A stretch of 64,000 nt of DNA from the human T2T-CHM13v2.0 reference genome, Homo sapiens. The stretch lies in NCBI RefSeq assembly GCF_009914755.1, contig NC_060925.1, one strand, 5' to 3'. The notes under the pieces were generated by a model. It had not been told where the DNA came from and did not search any database. It saw only the letters and a list, made by a program, of their open reading frames with translations. Both the position numbers and the translations under genes were made by a program. Below are positions 10,930-22,924 of the stretch, in pieces (position 1 is the first letter of the stretch; every line of letters begins with the position of its first letter).

Positions 10930-13765
10930 TTTCTGATAATGGCCACCGTTATCTCTCTCCTACCCCTGACGTGGCTCTTTCAAGATCTGATTTGGGTAGA
11001 ACAGTTGCCTTTGAAGGGAGAGAAATTACAGAAAGCCCATGAATTAGATAAAGAGCAATTAAAAGCTGGACATGTAGAACCATCAAATAGTCCTTGGAAT
11101 TCGCCCATTTTTGTCATTCCCAAAAAGTCTGGTAAATGGAGACTTTTGCATGACTTACATGCTATTAATGCCAATTTGCAACCTATGAAACCCCTTCAGC
11201 AGGGGCTCCCTTCCCCCGTGGTGATTCCTCACAATTGGCCTATAATTGTTATTGACTTAAAAGACTGTTTTTATATGATTCCCCTAGCAGAACAGGACAG
11301 AAAAAAATTTGCGTTTACAATAATGAAAGGCCAGCTTGTCGATTTCATTGGAAAGTGCTTCCTCAAGGAATGCTAAACAGTCCTACCATGTGTCAGTATC
11401 ATGTAAATCAAGCTTTGCTCCCCAGTAGAAAAGAATTTCCTGATTGTAAGGTTATTCATTTTATGGATGATATTTTACTAGCAGCCCCAACAGAACTAAT
11501 GCTTTTAAATCGACATACCTCTGTCATAAAGAATACAGCTAAAAGGTTTAATTATTGCACCTGAAAAAGCACAAATGTCCTCTCTTTGGAAATATCTTGG
11601 GTACATACTAACGTCCCGGTCAGTAAGACCTCAAAAGGTTAAATACTAGCAACTTACACACTTTAAATATTATCAGAAATTACCAGGCATATCAACTGGC
11701 TCTGCCCCACTTTAGGCATTCCGACTTATAAGCTGCAAAACCTGTTGTCTATCTTAAAGGGCAATACAGTCCTGGATTCTCCCAGAGAGTTAACCCCCGC
11801 AGCAAAAAGGGAAATTGAGAAAATAGAACAAGCCACCTCTCAGAGGCAACTAGATTGCACAGACACCCATTATTCCATCCAGTTATTTATTTTTCCCACC
11901 AAACACTCCCCTGGAGGGTTAGTAGGACAGATGACCCCCCAGCACTGTGCTTTCTAGAATGGGTTTTTTTTTTTTGCTCACATACCGGGACTAAAACACT
12001 CTCTCCCTATATCCAGTTACTTAGTAAAGTCATCCATTCAGGTTGCAGACAATGTTGTCAGTTGCTAGGTTATGATCCTGATATTTTCAGGATTCCTTTA
12101 AGTAAAAAGCAATTCAAAGCAGTATTGCCAGCATCTATTGATCTGCAAATAGCTCTCTCTGATTATACAGGACAAATAGCGCATGTCCTTCCTGCTGATA
12201 AACTCCTTCATTTCTTATCTCGTACTCCTGGGATCTTGCCTACAAAAATAGTTCACTCTCCCATACCTAATGCTTTAACACTGTTTACTGATGGTTCAGG
12301 TAAATTTGGAAAAGCAGCAGTTTGGTGGAGACCACATAATTCCATCACTCTATCTGGGCTTACTAGCACTCAGAGAACTGAGAATGGGGCACTGATACTG
12401 GCTGTGGAGAATTTTTCCACTTAGCCCATCAATATAGTTAGTGATTCTGCTTACTCTGTTGATTTATTTCAGAACCTTGAGAGAGCCCTAATTAAGTCCA
12501 CTCTGGAGCCCACCCTGTGTGCTCTTTTTCTTCAACTTCAGCAATTGCTAGATCAACGTACACATCCTGTTTTTATTACACACAGTCAAGCCCACAGCTC
12601 ACTGCCTGGCCCATTGGCTTATGGCAATAATCAAGCAGACCTTCAGGTTATGATATCACTGCTTGACTAAGCCATGCAATTGCATCAATTTTTCCACCAA
12701 CACTGGAGAAACTTATCTAAACAATTTCAACTTACCCAGAGACTGGCTAAACAAATTATCCTACAATGCCCAGATTGCCAGCTCACAGGCACGTCCCCTC
12801 CTTCAACAGGTGTTAACCCTAGAGGATTAGAACCTAATTAGTTATGGCAAACAGATGTTACATCCCTGAATTTGGAAAACTAAGATGTGTACATTTAGCC
12901 ATTGATACCAACACTCATCTAATTAGTGCACATGCTCTTCCTTGAGAGTCCACTCGATATGTCATTAAACACCTTTTTTTTTTTTTTTTTTTTTTTGAGA
13001 TGGAGTCTTGCTCTGTTGCCCGGGCTGGAGTGCAGTGGCGAGACCCTGGCTCACCACAAGCTCTGCCTCCCGGGTTCACGCCATTCTCCTGACTCAGCCT
13101 CCAGAGTAGCTGGGACTACTTGTGCCTGCCACCGTGCCTGGCCAATTTTTTTTTTTTTTTTTTTGTATTTTTAGTAGAGACGGGGTTTCACCGTGTTAAC
13201 CAGAATGGTCTTGATCTCCTGACCTTGTGATCTGCCCACCTCAGCCTCCCAAAGTGCTGGGATTACAGGTGTGAGCCACCGTGCCCAGCCTATACATCTT
13301 CTTTTAACTTTTGCATTTATATGATGGCCCACAAAAATTAAAACTGATAATGGTTCAGCTTATGCCAATTCACAATTCCAACAATTTTGTCACATGTGGA
13401 ATATCCAACATTCCACAGGCATCCCGTATAACCCCCAAGGACAAGCCATAGTAAAACATGCCCGTTCAACTCTTAAAAATATGCTCAAAAAACAAAAAGG
13501 GGGGAATATGGGTAAAGACCCGGCAACACTATTGGCACAAACCTTATTTACCCTTAATTTTTAAAATTTAGATGACACATTTCGATCAGCTGTAGATATG
13601 CACTTTGCTAAAACCTCTCAAGACATAAAACCTGCAGTTTTATGGAAAGATGTGAACAGTAATGTATGGTGTGGTCCAAATGAATTATTAACATGGGGAA
13701 GAAGGTATGCTTCCACACCCCCTCGGGTCCTCTTTGGATTCTAGCACAACGCATCAAACCATAGC
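10930..13765 (+). pseudogene. ERV pol remnant (RT, RNase H, integrase) with frameshifts and stops
   Basis: [44 protein letters not shown] (YMDD site), LFTDGS, integrase HHCC region near 12680-12780, and KIKTDNG and GIPYNPQGQ after the Alu. Confidence 0.95.
12974..13290 (-). mobile_element. Alu (AluY/Sc-like) inserted in the ERV integrase
   Basis: Poly-T, Alu body with gggttcacgccattctcc and an expanded central T-tract. Integrase sequence resumes at about 13291. Confidence 0.93.
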
Positions 13766-14370
13766 ATGGCATGGCTAGGACCTAACCCGGTACCAGAAAT
13801 GAAGAAAATAACCCTACAGGACCCACAGCCCCAGACAATGCACCTTCCTTGGACAACACAGGCCCTGGACAGAATGCTGAAGAAGACAAGTCAGAAGACT
13901 GAGCGAATCCTGCTCTGGACACAGACACCATTCACTCCAGATAATTGTTCCTTACTATGTTTTATTAATCTTTTTAAATTCTCTCACTTTACCTGCTACC
14001 TGTACCTGCTACACTCTATTAAGCTTATCTTCTAAATCTGCCTTTTTTCAGATTTATCTGAAAATCTGCCCTGTTATCTGGGCAGACACTCCCTTCCCCG
14101 CTTCTAACAACATGACTGCTTGGCTGGAAGGGGTTAACATACCCCCAGCGGGGTTCCTTAGTAACAGCACACATCAAACTGAAGTGCCAAGTAATGCTGC
14201 AGGTCACTCCTTGATTGGAAAAGAATGTTGCTAATTATACTCATGATTGTCTTATGTTATTTGCTAATTCTAGGATGCAAAGTCAGAATAACAGCAATGA
14301 CCGCCTTGCCCGACAGACCTGTTGCTGCACACAGCTGTATGCTTCAGTCAACAGAACCCAATGCAAAAAA
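13766..14370 (+). pseudogene. ERV env remnant with a large internal deletion
   Basis: Leader-like ORF 13766..14035, followed within about 600 bp by hydrophobic TM-like LLIILMIVLCYLLILG (14225..) and the polypurine tract. Far shorter than a roughly 2-kb env. Confidence 0.7.
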
Positions 14371-14385
14371 CAGAAAAGGGGGAGA
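14365..14385 (+). promoter_or_regulatory. Polypurine tract (aaaaaacagaaaagggggaga)
   Basis: Immediately precedes the TG of the 3' LTR. Confidence 0.9.
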
Positions 14386-14895
14386 TGTGGGAGTTCAGTC
14401 AGGCTGGTGGGAAAAATTTTAAGATGAAGTTATAGAATAGAGACACAAACCTTGGAAGGCTGGAAGGTTTTGCAAAAGTTTCAGGATAGGGTTATGGCTA
14501 AAAGCAGCCTAATCCTTAACTTGAGTTAATAGCTTGGGGCACAGATACAAAGGAATGTAGATTATTTTATCTAAATGGCTTGTTTACTCATGTGGTCCTA
14601 AGACCAACCTTTGATCAACCTCAGGTGCATAATTGCTCTCTACTTGGGAAATCAGCAATGTCAATTACCCTCTAGTGTTGTTTACTCAAGACCTTTGTCA
14701 TTTAATCTATACTGAATAAATGCAAGCTTCGCTGACTGTTCAGGGCCACGACTCTTTACAGCACCTTCTTTACAGCACCTTCCTCGGTGTCTGTGAGTGG
14801 CCTGGACCCTCAGCCAAACTGACAGGCAAAATATCTATGTCAGCGTATGTCTCTCATCCATCACTGAGTTAGGGTCTGTGGGTCAGACCCCCACA
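14386..14895 (+). mobile_element. 3' LTR (LTR22-type), 510 bp
   Basis: Same start and end as the 5' LTR. AATAAA at 14715-14720. Confidence 0.9.
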
Positions 14896-15443
14896 CACTT
14901 TCATAGCTAGAAAGGAGATAATTCAATGCTTAGCTTCAAAGTTTCATAGGACATGCTGACTCTGTTAGGTGCTGATGAGGCTGGTGATTTTAAGTTGAAG
15001 CCAATACACATCTACCATCATAAAAATTGTGGGACCCTTAAGAATTATGCTAAATCAACTCTGCCTGTGCTCTATAAATGGAACAAAGCTGGGATGATAG
15101 TACTGCTGAATACAGCATGGCTTACTGAATATTTTAAGCCTGCTGTTGAGACCTACTGCTCAGAAAGAAAGATTCCTTTCAAAATATTACTGCTCATTGA
15201 CAATGTACCTGGTCACCCAATAGCTCTGACGAAGATGGGCAAGGAGATGAATGTTGTCTACATGTCTGATAACACAACATTCATTCTGCAGCCCAGGGAT
15301 CAAGGAGTAATTTCTACTTTCAAGTCTTTTGGAAGGCTATATAGCTACCATAGACAGTTATTCCTCTGATAGATCTGGGCAAATTAAATTGAAAATCTTC
15401 TGGGAAGGCTTCACCATTCTAGGTACCATTAAGAACATTTGTT

Positions 15444-15732
<289 letters not shown>

Positions 15733-16829
15733 AAGAACATTTGGGATTTACGGGAGAAGGTCAACATATCAACATTAACGGGAGTTTGGAAGGAGTAGAT
15801 TCTAACCCTCATGGATGACTCTGAGGGGTTTAAGACTTCAGTGCAGGAAGTCACTGCAGATGTGATGGAAATAACAAGAGAACTAGAATTAGAAGGGGAG
15901 CCTAAAGATGTGGCTGAATTGCTGCAATCTCAGGATAAAACTTGAATGTATGAGGAGTTGCTTCTTATGAATGAGCAAGGGAAAGTGGTTGAGATGAAAT
16001 CTATTCCTAGTGAATATGCTGTGAACATTGTTGAAATAAAAAGGATTTAGAATATTACATAAACTTAGTTGATAAAGCAGTGGAAGGGATTGAGAGGACT
16101 GACTCCAATTTTGAAAGAAGTTTTATTGTGGATAAAATGCTTTTAAACAGCACCACATGCTACAGAGACATCTTTCATGAAAGGAAGTCAATTGATGTGG
16201 CCAACTCCATTGCTGTCTTATTTTAAGAGATTGCTATAGCCACCCTAGCCTTTAGCAATCACCACCCTGATCAGTAAGCAGCCATCAACATTGAGGCAAA
16301 ACCCTCCACCAGCAAAAATCTTACATCTGCATCTGAAGGCTCAGATGATTGTTATTTTCTAGCAATAAAGTATTCTTAAATTAAGGTATGCACATTTGTT
16401 TTTACATAGTGCTACTGCACACTTAGACTACAGTATAGTGTAAAGGTAACTTTTATATGCACTGGGAATCCAAAAAAATTGTGTGACTTGCTTTATTGCA
16501 GTGGTCTGGAACTAAAGATGAAATATCTTTGCTGTATGTCTATAGAAGCAAACACATACTGACTTCCTAGTTTTCCTAGTTCAATCCAGAGATTAGTGAG
16601 TTTGCAGAGCTCAAGTATTGAGCAAGAGTAGTTGGCATCCTATGACCACCATATCATTATGGATTTGCAATTGGAAAGATTCCAGTGAGTAAAAAGTTTC
16701 TTGATTAATTGCATTGTTAGATTTTGTTAAAGAAAAGGGTGACAGAGAAAATCTGTAACTTAGCACCCCAGAAAGATAAAGAAAATAATTTTTTCCTAAA
16801 TGTATTTATTTTAAAAGATTAGTGAAATA

Positions 16830-17070
16830 AGAGTGAGGTGTTTAGAGCTATATGGCTTGGGTTTGAGTTCCAGCTTTGCCACTTCCTGAAAAGTGTCCTT
16901 GGGTAAGTTACTTACCTATGTCTCAGCTTCTTCCTTTGCAAGATAAAATTATAAGAGGAGTATTTCCAAGAAAGAATTACTGTGAAAATGGAATGAGGTT
17001 ATACTCTTTACATGCGTAGAAAAATGCCCAGCATAGAGAAAGCCTCAATTCATTGAAACTGTTATTGTTG
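16830..17070 (+). mobile_element. MIR SINE (degenerate)
   Basis: gggtttgagttccagctttgccactt...ttgggtaagttactta...tctcagcttc core. Confidence 0.65.
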
Positions 17071-18090
17071 TTAATTATTTCTTCCACTTACCATAAATGT
17101 AAGGTAATGATTGATAACAATAATCATTGATTTCACTGGACAACTTCACAAACTATAAAGCTGATAACATAGGTTTAACTCTTGGAAAATGTATAATTCT
17201 TCTTGTAATTGTTAGCCTCAACTTTGGTAAATTAAAATCTGTTCTAATGCATAGGTCCTGCTAAGCAATGCTTTATGTCACACTGAGGTAGACCAAGAAA
17301 AATTCCACATAGTTGAGCATAATAGAAAGGAACACTAATTTAAGATAGATGATTAAGTATAATAGCGTGATCCCAAATTTTGAGAGCTGTGGGGAAATAA
17401 TGGGCCGGGGAGGAGACAATATCTGTGTGTAGGTGTGGAGAGGAAGAGGAGGGGAGTATGCTGGAGTGTTGATTTAAAAAGATGTTCTGAGAAGGTTGGC
17501 TAGTCTTCCTAAGCATCCAATGACTAGGAACCTCCTGTCGCTGGATGACTAATGGAAAGATGGTGATTTTGTAATCCTCTGTGGATTGCCTCTGACACAA
17601 ATAAATGCATAAAAATCCTAAGTGTGTGAAAATGTATTTTCAACATATTTGAAGTTAATCATTTGTTAAGAGAAAGATAACATCTTCATCTTGAGATTAA
17701 AGAAATAACCCAAATGATTACTATCCTAAGACATATTACTCTCTACTGAATTTTTGTGTTTCCCCCTGTCTCATAGATGATGTAATATCATCCTGAAAAT
17801 ATAGGTCTGGGTGATGTCAATTACATAGCAACCTGCTCTCAGGAATCTGGGAGCAGCCTATGAATTACAAAAGCATTGAAGCAATAACAGTTTTTACTTT
17901 TTTTTGTAAGATGATCCTGACAAGCAAAGGTTTATCCTTTCACATAAAAGGAAGATGAGCCTCTTAAAACTACAGTTAAGAATAATAAATGCTGTAGGTT
18001 TTAGGATCCTTATCTGCAGTAGCGTGCTTTATGAAGGTGGTCGCTTTGAGGGTGACAGAACATTGAGTTTACATAACGTAGAAAGCTTAC

Positions 18091-18218
18091 CTGTCCCAGG
18101 GATTGCCAGTCCAAACCGGCACTGCCGATATACACGTGCTGTTTGTCCACGATCCAGAAGGAGGACTGCAGCCGGCCCTTGTTGTAAGCGGTCATGTTCA
18201 TGTACGTCACCTCGGCTC
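18091..18218 (-). CDS. PLD5: PLD5 internal coding exon (128 nt, phase 1 to phase 0): (G)AEVTYMNMTAYNKGRLQSSFWIVDKQHVYIGSAGLDWQSLGQ
   Basis: Acceptor ctcctag|GAGCC and donor CAG|gtaagc. Overlaps ORF 18010..18210. The peptide aligns to PLD3 [29 protein letters not shown], with HxKxxxxD changed to QxSxxxxD as expected for catalytically inactive PLD5. Confidence 0.95.
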
Positions 18219-18796
18219 CTAGGAGTTCAAGGACAGTCTGGTCAGCCTCTGCGTCAAGGCCCTGCCTGGGCTGTCAGTCACCTACCAGTGGAAATATTCA
18301 TGGTTCACCATTTGTCCCAATTGACATTTAGGAAAGCTAAATATTTATGTTAGTTTGGTGGAGAGAAGGTCCCCAAGGTATTATTTTGTTCCCTAAAACA
18401 AAGAAAACTAAAAGAAAAGAAAAGAAAAGAAAAGAAAAAGCCAGGGGAAATGCCTTTTCCTATGCATATGGCAGAGGAGGTTTTGCATATAGTGACAAGA
18501 CCACGGCTTCTCAACTCAGATCTGTACTGAAATCCCGGCTGCACCACTTACCATCTGGACGGTGAGATAGGTACACCATATGCAGTTTTCTTTTCTGAGT
18601 AATTTTAATACAGTTTGCAATCAATATAAGGGTCAGTCTTGTTCAGTATCACAGCTCTCCTCAATAAGACGTTGGCCTCATTATGCTTTCTATACATTTT
18701 TCATCCTGTGAACCTTTCACTTGCTTTTACTTCTTCATTCCTTCCCTTTATTATTTAATCTGGGTTTGGTCTCTTCTTCATCTTTATCTGATAGTA

Positions 18797-19120
18797 TTTT
18801 TTTTAATTTATATTTTATTTTATTTTATTTTATTTTATTTTATTTTATTTTATTTTTGAGACAGAGTCTCACTCTGTTGTCCAGGCTAGAGTACAGTGGT
18901 GTAATCTCAGCTCACAGCAACCTCCACCTCCCAGGTTTAAGTGATTCCCTTGCCTCAGCCTCCTGAGTAGCTGGGATTACAGGCATGTGCCACTATGCCC
19001 GGCTAATTTTTGTACTTTTAGTAGAGAGGGGTTTTTACTATGTTGGCCAGGCTGGTCTCGAATTCCTGACCTCAAGTGATCCACTCGCCTCGGCCTTCCA
19101 AAGTGCTGAGCTTACAGGTA
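18797..19120 (-). mobile_element. Alu (AluS) with a (TTTTA)n tail, slightly 5'-truncated
   Basis: Alu body with approximate TSD tatctgatagt / tatctgacagt. Confidence 0.92.
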
Positions 19121-19979
19121 TCTGACAGTTCTTAATTTAAGCAATGATTATTCAAGCTTTACTGAAATGCAACCTTGAATGGTTAACTAAATCACTCAGA
19201 CTATTGTTAATGCCAAAAATATATTTGAAGAGCTGAATGTGACCAATTGTTTTAGGCTTCATGTGGTAGGATCCAGTGTCAAGCCTTTATGCATTACTGC
19301 TTCAAATGCATTTACAAACCTCTCAAAAGGAGCATACAGTCCATTCAATGCAAGGGTATTTAAATAAATTTCTGCTAAAGGTCTATTCCCTTTAAAATAA
19401 CAGACCTATATGCATATATTTAATGAACTAAGCTATTGTGTCTTCAGGTATTTATTATTAACGAAGACGATGTATTCCAGGGGCACACTTCATTGTCAGA
19501 GTCTTCATTACCACAGGCACACATAAGACTGTATGCAGAAGGATACATTTCAGCATATCAGAAAGGAAGGAGAGTAATTTACACTATGAACTTAATGCTT
19601 AACTCTTAGGAAAATGTAAACAATGCATCTAGCTTCCTTGTGGCAGGAGGATGAAAAGAGATGTTATGAGGTTGGGAGAGAATCTCTGAGGGGAAGACAG
19701 CACCCAGGCAGATTTTCTCTGAGGGTAGAGCAGTTTCTTTGTCTTCCAAGTGGCGGGCACATGTTTCTCTGCCTCCAGCCATCCTGGAATAGTAACATCC
19801 AAAAAAGAGTTGCAGATCCCAGAGGAGGAACTTGGGTATGGCAGAATCTGAATATCTAAAATGGGTAGTTACCCTGGCAGGTATGGAGAGACCCAAATCT
19901 GCATGGAGGTGTGGCCGGCCCCACAGACACAGCAGACAGTGTTCCTCAGTAGATAAACAGAGCATTTGTCCTTAGATAC

Positions 19980-20418
19980 GGGATTAGTTCCCTAGGTCTG
20001 CTATAACAAAGTACCCTAATCTGGATGACTTAAAACAGCAGAAACTTATCCTCCGTTCTGGAGGTTAGAAGTCCAAAACCAAGGTGTCAGCAGGGCCAAA
20101 CTTCCTCTGGGACATGCAGGGAAGCATCCTTCCTTGCCTCTTCTGGTGGTGCCCATTCATCTCTGAGGTTTCTCGGCTTGTAACTGCAGCACTCTCATCT
20201 CTGCCTCTGTTGTCCCATGGCATCTTCTCCCTACACCTCTATTTTCTCTTCTTATCAGGACACTACTCAAGTTGGATGAAGGTCCCGCCCCCCACTACAG
20301 TATGATCTTAACTAATTACATCTGTAAAATCCCCATTTTCAAGTAAGGTCACAGTCTGCAGTTCTGGGGATTACATCTTCTACATATCTTTCTGGGGGAT
20401 GCAATTCAACCCATAACA
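19980..20418 (-). mobile_element. MLT1 (MaLR) LTR
   Basis: ttctggaggttagaagtccaaaaccaaggtgtcagcaggg...aattcaacccataaca. Confidence 0.8.
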
Positions 20419-21089
20419 GAGACCCAGGTCACTTTACCTGGCCATGCTTTCCAATAGCAATCAACTGGTCAGCACTGAGGGAAGCACCTTCTCTTGTCTC
20501 TGGGAGGAACAGAATGAAGGTGACCGTGGTGCTGGCCTCAGATTCCACGTCAGCATGCACCTTGTCAAGCCTTCCCCTGCTCTCTTATTCTGCCTAGAAA
20601 CTCCTCGAACCCTCTGTGACACTGACTGGCCCTCATCTCCTGGCGTGGGACACTGTGTCTGAAACTCGGCCCCGTGGCCAGTTGCCATTTGCATCAGACT
20701 GTTTATGAGTTCTTGGAGTCCTCATCTGTTGTCACACAGGTCCCCTGCAGCCCCAGCCCCAAGGCAGCACTGAGTCAATCTGAAGAGTCCACTGGGGACG
20801 ACCTCTTTGTACCTCTCCATCCCACACCCCATCTACACTGCTCTAAAAGTACCATGTTATTTTGCAATTTAGCTTAGAAAGTTTGACTTCAGAGATGATG
20901 GTCGTGTGTAACCCTCCAGCCAGAGCCTCTGCAGCTACTTAATGATGCCTAAAATTATTTTACAAAGGAAAAGTATCATTCCTTTGACAAAGCTTTACTG
21001 AATATCTAATATATACCAGATGCTGTGCTATGTAAAATTAGGGATAAAAGACCTCAAGTGACTGATTCAAATTCAGGCATACTAAAATA

Positions 21090-21440
21090 CTGTCTTAGTC
21101 CATTTGGGCTGCTATCACAAAACACCATACACAACAGAAATGTATCCCTCAGAGTTCTGGAGGCTGTGAAGTCCAAGATCAAGGCATTGGCAGATTCGGT
21201 GTCTAGTGAAGGTCGACTTTCTGGTTCACAGAGGGTGCCTCCTCACTGTGTCCTCATGTGGTGGAAAACATGAGGATCTCTCTCTGACTTCTTCTTCTAA
21301 GGGGACTAATCCCATTCATGAGGGTTTTGCTGCTTTCCTAACCCAGTCACTGCCAAATCTCTCACCTCCTAATACCATCACCCTGGGGGTTAGGATTTCA
21401 ACACATAAATTTGGGGGTACACAAACATTTGGAGCACAGT
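21090..21440 (-). mobile_element. MLT1A/MST-type MaLR LTR
   Basis: tgtcttagtccatttgggctgctat...aagtccaagatcaagg...ggatttcaacacataaatttgggg. Confidence 0.8.
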
Positions 21441-21952
21441 AGTGTCATCTTTAAAATGATCAGGATCTGCTCCAGTCCTGCTGCTCAGACAGAAGGGGCA
21501 CCAAAGAGCTGAGAGATCAGAAAGTGGAGTCCTTACTGCTGTATCAGGGAACCCCAAGTGAAGGCCGGAGAGCAGGAAAGATAGTAAATGGCTTCACAGT
21601 CTGCCCAGGGCCCCAGCAGAGCTGTGTGTAGAGATCAAGCAATATGTAATGCTAGTAATTCCCATTTATTGAATACCTGTGTGCCCAGTGCCAAGATAGC
21701 TATGTTACAACAGTCTTACATGGCATGCTTCATTTTCTCTATTTTAGGACACGATAAATTCCTGTATGTGGTATAAGAAAATCCACTGAAAATATTTATG
21801 ATACATCTGAAAAAATATATATTTTTGTATATGGTTCATGGACTATCACTTCCCCATTGCAAATTACCTGTTTTTCTATCTAAATATTGATGCTCCATCT
21901 ATCTCTGAAGACATATGCTTTTATCTTTATTAATAGCTGTAGATATATATAA

Positions 21953-21953
<1 letters not shown>

Positions 21954-21986
<33 letters not shown>
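21954..21986. repeat. (GA)n microsatellite
   Basis: Directly visible. Confidence 0.95.
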
Positions 21987-21989
<3 letters not shown>

Positions 21990-22924
21990 TGTCTAACATG
22001 TCCCTCAGTTTATTCAATATTTTACTTAAGAGAATTTATATTTATGTGCACTTTTAGAATATATCTGTTTGTTGGTTATAGAAATAATTTTCATCCTATT
22101 GGGTCTTTATGTAATACGTATTAGGAAGCGATGGTTAAAATATAATGCTGTCTGACTACAAAACATATTTAATGATTAAAAAGTATATAATATGTCACTT
22201 ACTGCATTTATGTGCATAACCTAAATTTGAGTTTATTTCATATTGTTGTGTTAGAATTGCAATTAGCAAAGACATGCAATACAGGCCTCAACATTTAGAT
22301 AAAAGGGCAGAGTAATTTTTCATGCATTACACTTATGCAAATACAGACAATATATAATAAATAAATCAAATTCTTTCCATTTACATTAAAAATTTGACAA
22401 ATTTTTATAGAAGAGATGACTTTAATTTCTACTTCTAAAATAATTTTAGGCCTTTTTTTTACAATGTCACATATTTTTTAAAAATATATAGAATGCCACA
22501 ATTTTATGAGCACTAACAGAAACACTTCAGATTTTTTTTCTATAGTTATTTTTATGACCCAGAAAACAGGGATCCTATATATTAAAGAGTTATTATGTTA
22601 AAATGACAGCAAGAGCTATGCATAAGAAACATGGAGTAATTTATGAGAGCCGCTCGTCAATATTCACGGGGGTTATTCAAGCTTAGTATCCACATGCAAA
22701 AGAATGCTGAAAACCAGCCCCTTTGTCCTGTTACTGGTTTCCTTTTCTCCATGGGAATCAGCAGCTCACAGGAAGCCTTTTCTAAAATTCTGTGCTAGAC
22801 TATTCAGAGCCAACAAAGGCTTCACATTACCAAATAGTTAATATGTTCAAAACTAATATGTAGGTTAGTGACAGTTTTTAAATCCAATTACCATTAGAAA
22901 ACCACAGGTTTTAAGAAAATTATT

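Larger units (their letters stand above)
9290..14895 (+). mobile_element. Betaretrovirus-like provirus, HERV-K(HML-5)/HERVK22 with LTR22-type LTRs, internally deleted and antisense to PLD5
   Basis: Two TG...CA LTRs, primer-binding site, polypurine tract and gag/pol/env remnants. 6-bp TSD GACTTT (9284-9289) and CACTTT (14896-14901). The family name rests on the recalled LTR22 start TGTGGGAGTTCAGTCAGGCTGGTGGGAAAAAT. Confidence 0.88.

Noticed and set aside
10939-12424. Possible functional reverse transcriptase
   Set aside because: It is split over several frames with stops and deletions, and YMDD reads FMDD.
14953-15369. Possible domesticated Tigger transposase gene
   Set aside because: It is only a 138-aa fragment of a copy broken by stops, frameshifts and four insertions.
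17955-18353. 132-aa plus-strand ORF over the PLD5 exon
   Set aside because: It is the antisense shadow of the GC-rich coding exon and resembles no known protein.
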